From NCBI GenBank assembly GCA_022566725.1, contig JADFIM010000001.1, positions 1 to 63,773 on the forward strand: 63,773 nt of DNA, read 5' to 3'. A program made the translations under genes and the position numbers. Position 1 is the stretch's first letter, and each line of letters opens with the position of its first letter. The DNA is from Planctomycetota bacterium. Its GTDB lineage: Bacteria > Planctomycetota > Phycisphaerae > Phycisphaerales > SM1A02. Shown here in pieces: positions 18,528 to 28,239 of the stretch. Under the pieces are notes generated by a model that saw only the letters and a program-made list of their open reading frames with translations, was not told where the DNA came from and ran no database searches.

Positions 18528-18733
18528 CAGACAGTCACCTCAACCTCGCGGGTGGCGACGGTCATTGGAAGCCCGTTCGCGGCCCGCGCTTCCAGGCACG
18601 CCTCGATGGCTTCGCGGATGTTGGCCAGGGCCTCGGTCTCACTGGCTCCCTGAGAGACGCAGCCGGGAATCGACGGGCATTGCGCTACCATCATGCCCGT
18701 CTCATCTCGTTCGAGCGTGACGATGAACTTCAT
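18527..18733 (-). CDS. hicB: HicB-family antitoxin
   Basis: MKFIVTLERDETGMMVAQCPSIPGCVSQGASETEALANIREAIEACLEA. Confidence 0.85.
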   Translation of the reverse strand: MKFIVTLERDETGMMVAQCPSIPGCVSQGASETEALANIREAIEACLEARAANGLPMTVATREVEVTV

Positions 18734-18817
18734 CGATAATCTCCGCGGTGTTGGAGTGCCGTTTCACCATGATAGCTACCCATACCTCGACCGAACAGAC
18801 GCAGGCGGAGCGCCGCG

Positions 18818-18893
18818 GGAGCGCTCGACGATGACCTCGCCCTTCCGGGCGAGGCTACTGTCTACCTAAGCCTCAAGTCTCAAGCCTCAAGCC
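18818..18893. repeat. composite repeat copy B (right flank of the hicBA cassette) with hairpin and CTCAAG(T/C)C octamers
   Basis: The hairpin CCTCGCCC-TTCC-GGGCGAGG is perfect. It is followed by CTACTGTCTACCTAAGCCTCAAGTCTCAAGCCTCAAGCC, and the DAHP synthase stop lies in the last octamer. Confidence 0.75.
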
Positions 18894-20239
18894 TTCCTCT
18901 CCCGGTTCATCTGACTGACTCTTCGCGTAATGAGCAAGGCCATCTCCAGGGCCTGTTCGTAGTTCAGTCGCGGATCGACCTGGGATTTGTAGGCGCGTGA
19001 GAGATCAGCTTCGGCCAGCCCGCGGGCCCCGCCCACGCATTCGGTGACGTTCTCTCCGGTGAGCTCGAAGTGCACGCCGCCGAGGTAGGTCCCGGCCTGT
19101 TGGTGAATCTCAAAGGCCTGCTCGAGCTCGCCGAGGATGTCATCAAAGCTGCGGGTCTTCAGACCGTTGCTGGTGCGCTGCGTATTGCCGTGCATCGGAT
19201 CGCAGCACCACAGGACGGTCTTGCCGCTGGATTGCACGGTTTCGATCAACGGCGGCAGGCAACGGGCGATTTTGTCGGCCCCAAAGCGATGCGTCAGGGT
19301 CAGCCGGCCCGGCTCATCGTTGGGATCCAAAACATCCAGCAACCCCCCAAGCCACTTGGGCGTCATACTCGGGCCGATCTTGATAGCGATCGGGTTGGCG
19401 ATGCCACGGAAATACTCCACATGAGCGCCATCCAAGTCGGCGGTGCGCATGCCGATCCACGGGAAATGGGCGGCGAGGTTGTACCAGCCCGCCCGGCGAG
19501 GGACCTGCCGCGTCTGGGCCTGCTCATAAGGCAGGTGCAGCGCATCGTGGCTGGTATAGAAGTCCACGCGATTGATCTCGCCAACGTGCGTGCCGGCCAG
19601 GGTCTCCATGAACCGAAGCGACTCGCCGATCGATTCCACGACCCGCTGATACTCCGCTGCCCGGGGCGAATGCTTGACAAAGCCCAGGTCCCAATACTCG
19701 GGATGGTGCAGATCGGCGAAGCCGCCGTCGATCAGCCCGCGAATGAAGTTCAGCGTCAGTGCCGCCCGTTCATAGCCACGAAGCATGAGCTGTGGGTCGG
19801 GCGTACGATCGGCCTCGGTGAAGCTGATGCTGTTGATGAGATCCCCGCGATAGCTGGGCAGGGTCTGGCCGTCTCGGGTCTCAGTGTCGGCGGAGCGTGG
19901 TTTGGCGTATTGGCCGGCGAATCGCCCCACGCGAATGACGCGCTTATGCGTCCCATGCACCAGCACGAGGCTCATCTGCAACAGGATTTTGAGCTTGTCG
20001 GCGATGACGCTCGATTCACATTCTTCGAAGCGCTCGGCGCAGTCCCCGCCTTGCAAGAGGAACCGCCGGCCGGCCGCTGCCTCGGCCAACTGCGATTTGA
20101 GCGTCTCAATCTCCCATGAGGTCACCAGCGGCGGCAGCATCGAGAGCTGCCCGACGACCCGCTGCACCTCAGCCTGGCAGGGATAGCTGGGCTGCTGTGT
20201 AGCCGGCTTGCACTGCCAGGATGTCGGAGACCAGGGCAT
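18887..20239 (-). CDS. class II 3-deoxy-7-phosphoheptulonate (DAHP) synthase
   Basis: MPWSPTSWQCKPATQQPSYP N-terminus and RVGRFAGQYAKPRS motif; 450 aa. Confidence 0.9.
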   Translation of the reverse strand: MPWSPTSWQCKPATQQPSYPCQAEVQRVVGQLSMLPPLVTSWEIETLKSQLAEAAAGRRFLLQGGDCAERFEECESSVIADKLKILLQMSLVLVHGTHKRVIRVGRFAGQYAKPRSADTETRDGQTLPSYRGDLINSISFTEADRTPDPQLMLRGYERAALTLNFIRGLIDGGFADLHHPEYWDLGFVKHSPRAAEYQRVVESIGESLRFMETLAGTHVGEINRVDFYTSHDALHLPYEQAQTRQVPRRAGWYNLAAHFPWIGMRTADLDGAHVEYFRGIANPIAIKIGPSMTPKWLGGLLDVLDPNDEPGRLTLTHRFGADKIARCLPPLIETVQSSGKTVLWCCDPMHGNTQRTSNGLKTRSFDDILGELEQAFEIHQQAGTYLGGVHFELTGENVTECVGGARGLAEADLSRAYKSQVDPRLNYEQALEMALLITRRVSQMNRERKA

Positions 20240-20611
20240 GAGAGGTCAGGCTTGAGGCTCCAAGGCACGAAGGCTTGAGGCGTGGCGTTGGGCGGCGCCT
20301 CTGGGCCGATTCATCGGCATGCTATCCGCCGAACTTGGGGGCGGCTCGGCGATGTGGAGGTGGGGCGACTGCCGACGAGCCGCCGGCGAGCTGCGGCCCG
20401 TGATGCCACGATGCCCCTTGTGCAAAAAACCCCGCCGCCAGAGTCTGGCACGCCCAGCCAACCCTGCCCGTGCGACGGGGACGATTCCCAGCACAGCCCG
20501 CACATGCTGCGGTTTGGGATGCTGTTCGCAGATGTTGGACAGATGGTTCCGCCCGGCGATGGGCGAGGCGACGGAAGCGCTGCCAGCGGCCTCGGAGTGT
20601 CGTGTGGCCAT

Positions 20612-20693
20612 GCGGGCGACAGGATTCGAACCTGCACGGGTTGCCCCACGGGAACCTAAATCCCGCGCGTCTGCCAGTTCCGCCACGCCCGCG
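20612..20693 (-). tRNA. tRNA-Leu, anticodon UAG
   Basis: Hand fold: acceptor GCGGGCG/CGCCCGC plus discriminator A; anticodon arm CGGGA-TTTAGGT-TCCCG; long variable arm; T arm GCAGG-TTCGAAT-CCTGT. No encoded CCA. Confidence 0.9.
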
Positions 20694-20759
20694 GTGAAAA
20701 CCAGTAAGATTATCCCCGAGCCATGGCCTGCGGACAACAGATCTGCCGCGGACCTGCCG

Positions 20760-21617
20760 ATGGGAGCAATATCGATGAGTTTCAGTCAAAACGCAGCCAC
20801 CAACATCGTTCCACTGCTGGGCCGCTTGGTATTGGCCGCAGCGTTCATCCCGGCCGGGTTCCACAAGGTTTGGGAAGATAGTACGTTCACCGGCGAGGCG
20901 GCGCAAACGCTCCTCGACCTTGGATTCGGTCAGCTCATTGCAGCCGACGAGCAGGTGAGGTCCGCCGGCCGAATCGTCCTTGCCTCATATCAAGACGTGG
21001 AGACCGGACGCCTTGGTAGCCAAACGCAACCGGCCACAACGCAAGATGAGGAAGCGGCAGCAGACGAGCCGACCCAGCCGCAGGCCGATGCAACCGGCGA
21101 GGCAGCGCTCGAAGAGGAGGTCCCGGTCGAAGACCTGCAACCGGCTGAAGAGCCGGACGCCCGACCGCAACCGTCCAGCCCCCCTGAAGTCGAACCTGAA
21201 GTCGAACAGGCTCCCGGCATACAAGTCACAGCCAAGCGCCTCCACCATATCACGGTGATGCTCGTGGACGGTGGCCTGGACTGGAACCCGGGGCTGATGG
21301 CCTGGGCGGGCGCGCTGACGGAGCTGTTCGGCGGCGCGTTGATCTTGATCGGTCTGCTCAGCCGGCTCTGGGGTCTCGGTCTGGCCGTCGTGATGGGATG
21401 CGCGTTCTATCTCACGACGTGGGTCGCGATCGGCGAGCACGGCTGGTTCTCGCTGCCGGTTTCACAGTTCAACACCATGTTCACCCAACTGGGCTTGTTC
21501 GTGCTGGCCTTTGGCGTGCTCCTGACCGGGCCCGGAGCGGTGAGCTTCGATCGGGCGCTCTTCCGCCGGGCCAAACCCGAAACCGAAGACGAGCATCATT
21601 TCGTCGATCTGACCTGA
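20760..21617 (+). CDS. DoxX-family membrane protein with a long acidic/Pro-rich insertion
   Basis: IVPLLGRLVLAAAFIPAGFHKV and a C-terminal DoxX-like TM bundle. Start moved to 20760 (or 20775), because the track ORF start at 20319 runs across the tRNA. Confidence 0.65.
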   Translation: MGAISMSFSQNAATNIVPLLGRLVLAAAFIPAGFHKVWEDSTFTGEAAQTLLDLGFGQLIAADEQVRSAGRIVLASYQDVETGRLGSQTQPATTQDEEAAADEPTQPQADATGEAALEEEVPVEDLQPAEEPDARPQPSSPPEVEPEVEQAPGIQVTAKRLHHITVMLVDGGLDWNPGLMAWAGALTELFGGALILIGLLSRLWGLGLAVVMGCAFYLTTWVAIGEHGWFSLPVSQFNTMFTQLGLFVLAFGVLLTGPGAVSFDRALFRRAKPETEDEHHFVDLT

Positions 21618-21717
21618 CACGCTGCATCCATGCGGCAACCCGTGCACGCGCATACGCTAAGACAAAGGCCGCGCCGCCCGTCATCCATGGCTGGCCGCGA
21701 TCCTGGGAAGCTTCGAC

Positions 21718-22731
21718 GTGACGCAGCAGCCTATCTCAGGCCCCAATCCGCCGCGCCGACATCCCGGCGAGATTCCAGCGGGAATGCCCGCTGAGAGTGA
21801 CACTGAACGAGCCGTCAGGCGGATCGTGCCGTGGGTGGTGTCCGTGGGGCTCCACGCGGGCATCATTGTGCTGGGCTTCTTCCTCACGTGGACGGTCATG
21901 AGCGGCAACGACGAGCAAGCGCCCACACGGGTCACGGCCGAGTTCTACGCCTTGAACTACGACCCCCTGGTGACGCTGGCCAGCGATCCGACAACAATCG
22001 ACGAACCATTCTCACCGCAAAGCGCCACGATCGAATCGTTGGAGCAGGCGATCGCGGACCAATTGGCTGATCTCGAACCGATGCCGCTGAGCCTGATCGC
22101 CGAGACGGTCAGCGCGTCGCATTCGGTCCAGTTTGCCCCGCCGCCGGCCCATAACTCGGCCACATTCGTCGGGCTCACCAGCACGAACGCCCGACGGATC
22201 GTCTACGTCATCGACGCCTCCGGATCAATGATCCGCTCGCTTCAGATCGTGCTGGAAGAGCTCGCCCGGTCGCTGGATGCCCTGACACCGCCCCAAGAGA
22301 TGGGGATCATCTTCTTTCAGCGCAACCAGGCAGTCATGGTTCCGCCACGCGACCACCTGGTGGCGGCGACGCCGCAAGCGAAAGTCCAAGCGCTGCGGTG
22401 GATTGACGAGCAAATCATTCCGGCGGGTCGATCAAACCCCCTGGCGGCCATCGAGAAAGCTCTGCGCTTCAAGCCGGACGTGATCTTCCTGCTCAGCGAC
22501 AACATCACCGGCTCGGGCCAGTTCGGAATCGATCAAAAAGAGTTGCTCGATCTGCTGGAACAGCTCAACCCCATCGACGCCGAAACCGGACGGCGAGCGA
22601 CGCGGATCAACTGCGCGCAATTCCTCTACCCCGATCCGCTGGACACTCTGCGCAAGATCGCCGAGCGCCATGGCGGCCCCGAAGGGTATACATTCCTCGA
22701 TGCGGCGGCGCTGGGAATCTCGGCGCCATGA
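21718..22731 (+). CDS. membrane-anchored von Willebrand factor A domain protein
   Basis: One TM helix, then the MIDAS motif VYVIDASGSM. Confidence 0.75.
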   Translation: MTQQPISGPNPPRRHPGEIPAGMPAESDTERAVRRIVPWVVSVGLHAGIIVLGFFLTWTVMSGNDEQAPTRVTAEFYALNYDPLVTLASDPTTIDEPFSPQSATIESLEQAIADQLADLEPMPLSLIAETVSASHSVQFAPPPAHNSATFVGLTSTNARRIVYVIDASGSMIRSLQIVLEELARSLDALTPPQEMGIIFFQRNQAVMVPPRDHLVAATPQAKVQALRWIDEQIIPAGRSNPLAAIEKALRFKPDVIFLLSDNITGSGQFGIDQKELLDLLEQLNPIDAETGRRATRINCAQFLYPDPLDTLRKIAERHGGPEGYTFLDAAALGISAP

Positions 22732-22859
22732 AGGCATCCGCCGACATCGTCCGCCGCCGCTGGCAGGGGCGACTGGTGGTACCCTGAATCGCCCCGCGGC
22801 AAATTGACGCACACCGGCTCGAAGTGAGATAGTTCCCGTTTCTTGCACGAGACAGCCAG

Positions 22860-23693
22860 ATGCGAAACATCGTCCGTCAGATTGTTGTCTTCTGCCTGCT
22901 GCTGTCAGCGATCGGTTTTGGGGCCGCTGCGGCCGGGCAGAGCGACGATCTCGGCATCGAACCGCGGTCAGCCCGAACGCCGGCCACCGGCAGCTTCGCC
23001 GATCATTTCTTCATCGCACGCAAGACCGACCCGAACGGTGAGCAGTCCGTCGAGATGATCGGCAGCCTCATCATTTGGTTCCTGCTGGGGCTGTCCGTCG
23101 TGAGCATCGGCCTGATCGGACACATGGCGCTGGCCAATCAGCGAAAATCGATCGTGCCCCCGGGGGTGGTCGAACAGGCGCGGAGGCTGATGGCGGGGGG
23201 CAACTATCGAGGCGTGCTCGACTTCACCGCCAAGGATCACAGCTTCTTCAGCCAGGTGCTGCATGCGGGGCTGCGTGAGGCCAACCACGGATTCGGCGCG
23301 GTCATTCGCAGCCTGCAGCAGACATCGGATGAGCTGACCTCCACGCGGCTTCGACAGATCGAGTACCTCAACGTGCTGGGCCAGGTCAGCCCGATGATCG
23401 GCCTGTTCGGAACGGTCTACGGGATGATCCTTGCGTTCCAGGCGATCGTGACGGCGGGCGGCAACGCGGACCCGATCCTGTTGGCCGGCGGCATAAGCAC
23501 CGCCTTGACCACCACGTTCTGGGGGCTGGTGGTGGCCATCCCTGCTTTGGCGGGATACGCCATCATCCGCAACAAGATCGACGAACTCACCACCGAAGCG
23601 ACCCTCGCTGCCGAGGGGTTGCTCAACCAGTTCCGGCCCAAACCAGCGGCGAAGCCCGGCCCCCCCGAAGCCAAGCCGGAGGCACGGCGATGA
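22860..23693 (+). CDS. MotA/TolQ/ExbB proton-channel family protein
   Basis: Signal peptide plus the conserved LGQVSPMIGLFGTVYGMILAF and GGISTALTTTFWGL segments. Confidence 0.85.
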   Translation: MRNIVRQIVVFCLLLSAIGFGAAAAGQSDDLGIEPRSARTPATGSFADHFFIARKTDPNGEQSVEMIGSLIIWFLLGLSVVSIGLIGHMALANQRKSIVPPGVVEQARRLMAGGNYRGVLDFTAKDHSFFSQVLHAGLREANHGFGAVIRSLQQTSDELTSTRLRQIEYLNVLGQVSPMIGLFGTVYGMILAFQAIVTAGGNADPILLAGGISTALTTTFWGLVVAIPALAGYAIIRNKIDELTTEATLAAEGLLNQFRPKPAAKPGPPEAKPEARR

Positions 23694-23775
23694 GCGTTCG
23701 GTCCATTCGCCCCAGGTTTCGCCGGGGGGTTCCTCCAACGGCCGTTAACCGTCCAGCGGAAATGACCAACCCTCC

Positions 23776-24243
23776 ATGAGCGCTGTGTTTCGACGAGGCC
23801 GGGCCGAGGTTGAGGCGAATCTCACGCCGATGATCGACGTTGCGTTTCTGCTGATCGTGTTCTTCGTGGTCGTGTCGCAGATCGTTGAGATCGAGAGCGT
23901 GCAGTTGGACCTGCCGGCGCCCCAAGACCCGGCAAGCGAGCGTCCAGGCGAGGAGCAACGAGCGGTGATCAACGTCATTCCGGCCGCCGGCGGAAAGACC
24001 TTGGGCTATCGCCTGGGCAGCCGTGTCTTCGCCGCTGACACGCAGGGCATCGAGGCGATGACCGCCGAGTTGGCAGCGTTGTACCAACGCAATCCGACGC
24101 TGGACATCAACCTGCGGGCGGATCGAACCACGCATTACGAATGGGTTGAACCTGCGTTGCAGGCCGTCTCCACTGCCGCCCGGCTCTCGGGGCGCCCGGA
24201 CGTCAGAGCGCGGATCAACCTCGTCGTGGTGAGGGAGGATTGA
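23776..24243 (+). CDS. ExbD/TolR biopolymer transport protein
   Basis: NLTPMIDVAFLLIVFF TM signature. Confidence 0.85.
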   Translation: MSAVFRRGRAEVEANLTPMIDVAFLLIVFFVVVSQIVEIESVQLDLPAPQDPASERPGEEQRAVINVIPAAGGKTLGYRLGSRVFAADTQGIEAMTAELAALYQRNPTLDINLRADRTTHYEWVEPALQAVSTAARLSGRPDVRARINLVVVRED

Positions 24244-24246
24244 AAG

Positions 24247-24786
24247 GTGACCAGCCCCATGAGCGATCACCAGCGCCGCTGGGAAAGCTCAACTTCGCCA
24301 GCGGAAGTCATTGAGCCGACCCGCGTTCACCGTCGGCACAGGCGGTCTCGCGCCCGGATCGGGCTGAACGTCACCGCCATGATTGACATTGTGTTCCTGC
24401 TGCTGATCTATTTCCTCGCGGCCACGGAGTTCAAGCTCGGCGAAGAGGTCTACCGGCTCGACCTGCCGCAGCGCGGTTTGGCGGCGGATCCGTTTGAACT
24501 GCCGCGCGACCCGCTACGGGTCGTCATCGCCACCACCGGACCGGGTGAAGGAGGATACACGATCCGGATTCGGGGCCCATACGCACAGCCCGGGAGCTTC
24601 CAGGAGCTCTACGAGTTTCTGCGCCGCAACCGGGGTGCGGAGACGGCCGTCGGCGGGCTGTTCGAGCAGGACCATCCCATCATCATCGAGCCAGCTATCG
24701 CCACCCGATGGGAGCACGCGATCGACGCCTTCAACGCCGCCGCCCGAGCCCGCTACACCAACATCACCTTCGCCCCACCGAGATGA
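24247..24786 (+). CDS. ExbD/TolR-family protein (second copy)
   Basis: LNVTAMIDIVFLLLIYFL signature. Confidence 0.8.
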   Translation: MTSPMSDHQRRWESSTSPAEVIEPTRVHRRHRRSRARIGLNVTAMIDIVFLLLIYFLAATEFKLGEEVYRLDLPQRGLAADPFELPRDPLRVVIATTGPGEGGYTIRIRGPYAQPGSFQELYEFLRRNRGAETAVGGLFEQDHPIIIEPAIATRWEHAIDAFNAAARARYTNITFAPPR

Positions 24787-27407
24787 ACGTGATGTTCAAT
24801 CGCTGCATTCTTCTCTGGGCCGTCGCGCTCGCGTCGCCAACACTTGCTCAATCACTCCAGGATCGCCCTGACGGGCCCCAACAGCCGTGGCTCCTCAACG
24901 AGCGGCGACTGCCTGAGGCGCACGGCCACTCCATGGTCACGCACTCGCAGACCGATCCGATCGACGCGGCGCAGAATCAAATCGCGGCCCAGAGGACTCT
25001 CCTGAGTGATCCCGCCATTGGGCCGGACCAACGCCTGGCCAGCGTGCAGCGCTTGCTGAAGGTCCGTGCCCAGCTCATCGGCGCGCAGGCCGACGATCCT
25101 CGCCGGGGAGTATGGCTGGCCGACCAGGCGGAGGATCTGTTCTTTGTGCTGCTGCCGATCGAAGGTTCAGGGCTGACCAATCTGTTCGGCCTGCCGTCGC
25201 CGGCGCAGCGAGCCCGAGCCCAACGCGTGGCCGGCCAAATCAACGACCTGGCCGCCGAGGCTGAGATCGAAATCGAGCGGGCGATTCTTGAAATCGAGTC
25301 TACCCCCGGCTATGTCGATGACATCGCCTTGCAGATGAAGCGGCGAAGGCTCGCTGATAACCAGCGCCATCGGCGGATTCCATTCCTTCGCGGCATCGGG
25401 GCATTCCTGCACGCCCAACTGAACGTGCAATCGTCCGCAGATCGCCGGAGGCTCTACGAGCTCGCGGCCCGGATGCTTGAGCCGCTTGGCGGCAAACTGC
25501 CGGGGATGCTCGCCGGCCGGGCCCGGGTGTACGCAGGGTTGGCTTTGGCCGGCCTGCGTGACTTCGAGGCGGCCGAGCGGTTGTTCGGGCTCGTGACCAG
25601 TGATCCCGCAAGCGATCCCGTTGATGTGTTCGCGGCTCTCATGGGGGCAGTGATGAGCCAGGCCGCCCAACATGGATCGCAGGCGGGACTGGAAGCGCTT
25701 GACTCGATCGAGCCCCGCTACACCAACGCGGACGCTCTGTTCTTCCGCGTGCTCATCGCCGACCAGCGGTTCCTGCTTCGCCGGCAACTCGCCTCGCAGA
25801 CGACCGGCCGGCAGCGCGAGGAGCTCTTGCGCCGTGCGTTCGACGCCTACCTTGATCTGCTTGACGCTGAGCTGGGGGTCCCGGCCGCCACCGTTCGCCA
25901 AATCGTCTTCGCCCGGCTCACCACAGCCGCGAATGCGGATGCGCCGCTGGAGCAGCTTCCCGCAATCGTCGCGGTGGCGCAAGCCGAGAAGCTGGCCGGT
26001 GCGGATGATACCCGAGCCCAGGCCATCACCTTGTTCGGGCGGCTCCTCTCGCGGCCCGATCTGGATCAACGAGCCCGTGCACTAGCGCTATTCAGCATGG
26101 CCAAGGCACTGCTTGCCAACGGCCAGCGGCTCGAGGCTGCGCAGCGCTTCGCCCAGGTAGCCCGCGAGCATCCTGCTCAACGCGGCGCGGACCGCGCGAT
26201 CGAGCTTGCCGCGACCATCGCCGCCGAGCTTTACCGCAAAACCCCACGCGACCCGACGGTCCGCAGTTTCCTGAGTACGACGCTGGACGAACTGCTCAAC
26301 CGGTTCCCAAATCTGCCTACGATCGACCGCTGGCGATCCACGGCCGGCCGCCTGGCCCTCGCCGAGCAAGAGTATGCACAAGCATTGGCCATCTTTGAGC
26401 AGATTCCTCCCGATGCCGAGCAGTGGCTTGACGCACAATTCATGCAAGCGGCCGTGCTGCAAGCCTGGACTGAAACTCCCAGCGACGCCGCCGAGCGCCA
26501 ACGGTTGGCCCCACAACTGCTCAAAGCGGTGCAGCATGCCCGAGATGTGATCGACCGGGCGGTCAAGCGGGCGGAGGTCGCCACAGGCGACTCGCCGTGG
26601 AGAGCTGGCGAGCAAACAGACTCCCACTTGCAGTACCTTGCTTCCCTGAGGGTCTTTCAAGCAACAGCGCTCCTGGAGGTCGGCGAACCGCAGCAGGCGG
26701 TCGAGTCACTGCAAGGCGCCGACACCGACCCTTCATTGGACAGCGCAACGATCGCCAAGGCCCTTCTGATCAGGATCGACGCGTACTACGCGCTGGGGCG
26801 TGGCAACGAGGTCGAGCACCAGATCGAGCGACTGCTGGAAGTTGCGCCGGACCGGGCGGGCGGCATTCTTGCCACCATGCTCAAATCGCGGCAGCGCGGC
26901 GTGACCGCCCTCATCGAGATGAGCCGGGACGACGAGGCGACCCAGTTAGCCCGGCGCGAGCTGGCGCCGTTGGCCGACGCCGTTGGTCGCTGGCTGGCGC
27001 TGGATACCGCCGACGCACCAGATGCGGACGGATTGCGCTTGCGCGCCGCCGACGCATACCGATTGGCCGAGCGCTACGACGATGCGCTTCGCCTGTACGA
27101 TACATTGCTGCTGAAGCATCCCAACGCCGTCGAGGCGCTGTTGGGGCGGGCCGAATGCCTGTTCGGCCTGGGCGGGGACCAGTATCCACAGGCAATGGCT
27201 ATCTATAAGCGGATCAGCAGCGCTGCGGCCGAAGGCGGCGACTACTACTGGCAATCACAGCTTCGCATGCTGCAGATTCTTGACCGCACGAACCGCAATA
27301 CACGCCGAATCGCGCCGCACATCCGACGGTTGCGACAAAGGGATCCGCAGCTCGGCGGCGAGCGCTTCCGCCGGGGGTTCGAGATCCTACAGAATGAACA
27401 CTCGTGA
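24783..27407 (+). CDS. secreted TPR-repeat protein (874 aa)
   Basis: Start at MNVMFNRCILLWAVALASPTLAQ (signal peptide), overlapping the previous stop (ATGA). It is helical-repeat rich throughout. Confidence 0.7.
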   Translation: MNVMFNRCILLWAVALASPTLAQSLQDRPDGPQQPWLLNERRLPEAHGHSMVTHSQTDPIDAAQNQIAAQRTLLSDPAIGPDQRLASVQRLLKVRAQLIGAQADDPRRGVWLADQAEDLFFVLLPIEGSGLTNLFGLPSPAQRARAQRVAGQINDLAAEAEIEIERAILEIESTPGYVDDIALQMKRRRLADNQRHRRIPFLRGIGAFLHAQLNVQSSADRRRLYELAARMLEPLGGKLPGMLAGRARVYAGLALAGLRDFEAAERLFGLVTSDPASDPVDVFAALMGAVMSQAAQHGSQAGLEALDSIEPRYTNADALFFRVLIADQRFLLRRQLASQTTGRQREELLRRAFDAYLDLLDAELGVPAATVRQIVFARLTTAANADAPLEQLPAIVAVAQAEKLAGADDTRAQAITLFGRLLSRPDLDQRARALALFSMAKALLANGQRLEAAQRFAQVAREHPAQRGADRAIELAATIAAELYRKTPRDPTVRSFLSTTLDELLNRFPNLPTIDRWRSTAGRLALAEQEYAQALAIFEQIPPDAEQWLDAQFMQAAVLQAWTETPSDAAERQRLAPQLLKAVQHARDVIDRAVKRAEVATGDSPWRAGEQTDSHLQYLASLRVFQATALLEVGEPQQAVESLQGADTDPSLDSATIAKALLIRIDAYYALGRGNEVEHQIERLLEVAPDRAGGILATMLKSRQRGVTALIEMSRDDEATQLARRELAPLADAVGRWLALDTADAPDADGLRLRAADAYRLAERYDDALRLYDTLLLKHPNAVEALLGRAECLFGLGGDQYPQAMAIYKRISSAAAEGGDYYWQSQLRMLQILDRTNRNTRRIAPHIRRLRQRDPQLGGERFRRGFEILQNEHS

Positions 27408-27483
27408 TTCCGCCAGACGGAGCCCCGGCATATTGATGCGGGGCTGACACGACAAGACTGCGCCTGGCATAGCCGCGGACCGC

Positions 27484-28239
27484 TCACTCACGCAGCACGC
27501 GTAGCTCGTCGCGGAGAATAGCGGCGAGCTCGTAGTTCTCGGCGTCGATCGCGGCTCGCAACCGCTCATGAAGCTCCATTCGCTGACTGACCGGCAATTT
27601 CGGGACCAGCGCGTCGCGCATCCCGCGCAACAACTGCACCTCGTTGGCCTGATCAAAAGCATCGGCGTGTCCGGTCTGCTCGAAGACGGCCTTGATCTCA
27701 TTCAGCCCGCGATCGATCACCGGCAGCGCCTGTTTGGGTTGGCCTTGGGCGATGACCTCTTCCGCTTCACCTCTCACTCGCATCATGATCACATAGGGGC
27801 GGAACTGTTCGAGCACGGTACGATCGTCTTGGGTCGCAGCGAAATCTCTACACAGGTCGAACAGCTCAAGATTGCGTGAGGTGTCGCGGACCACTGCCGC
27901 GAAGTCGCCCAAGGCGAACATGCCCACGTAGCGGTGGTAATACTGCACAGCTTCCTCGCGAAGGGCCCGGCATTCCTCGGGGCTGAGGACGAAGCCCTCC
28001 CGTCGGCCGCTTTGCAGGGTATATCGCTCAAGGCGGTCCTGCTGGTAGATCAGCAGCGACTCGAACCCTTCAGGACGCTGGGCGTCCGGCCGACCTTCCA
28101 TCTCCATCTGCAACACGCCGAGGTCGATGCGGACCTGCAGCTTGGGCCGGCCATCGCGCCCGGTGATTCGTCGGGCATTGACTCGTCCTGGCTCATACGG
28201 CCACGATCGAAGCAGATCTGTCAGGTCAAACGCGTCCAC
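27484..28239 (-). CDS. UVR-domain-containing protein of unknown function
   Basis: C-terminal AIDAENYELAAILRDELRVLRE resembles the UvrB/UvrC interaction motif. Confidence 0.6.
   Translation of the reverse strand: MDAFDLTDLLRSWPYEPGRVNARRITGRDGRPKLQVRIDLGVLQMEMEGRPDAQRPEGFESLLIYQQDRLERYTLQSGRREGFVLSPEECRALREEAVQYYHRYVGMFALGDFAAVVRDTSRNLELFDLCRDFAATQDDRTVLEQFRPYVIMMRVRGEAEEVIAQGQPKQALPVIDRGLNEIKAVFEQTGHADAFDQANEVQLLRGMRDALVPKLPVSQRMELHERLRAAIDAENYELAAILRDELRVLRE

Noticed and set aside
20319-20759. N-terminal 147 codons of the track ORF 20319..21617
   Set aside because: This extension runs straight across the tRNA-Leu gene and non-coding DNA. DoxX similarity starts only near 20760.
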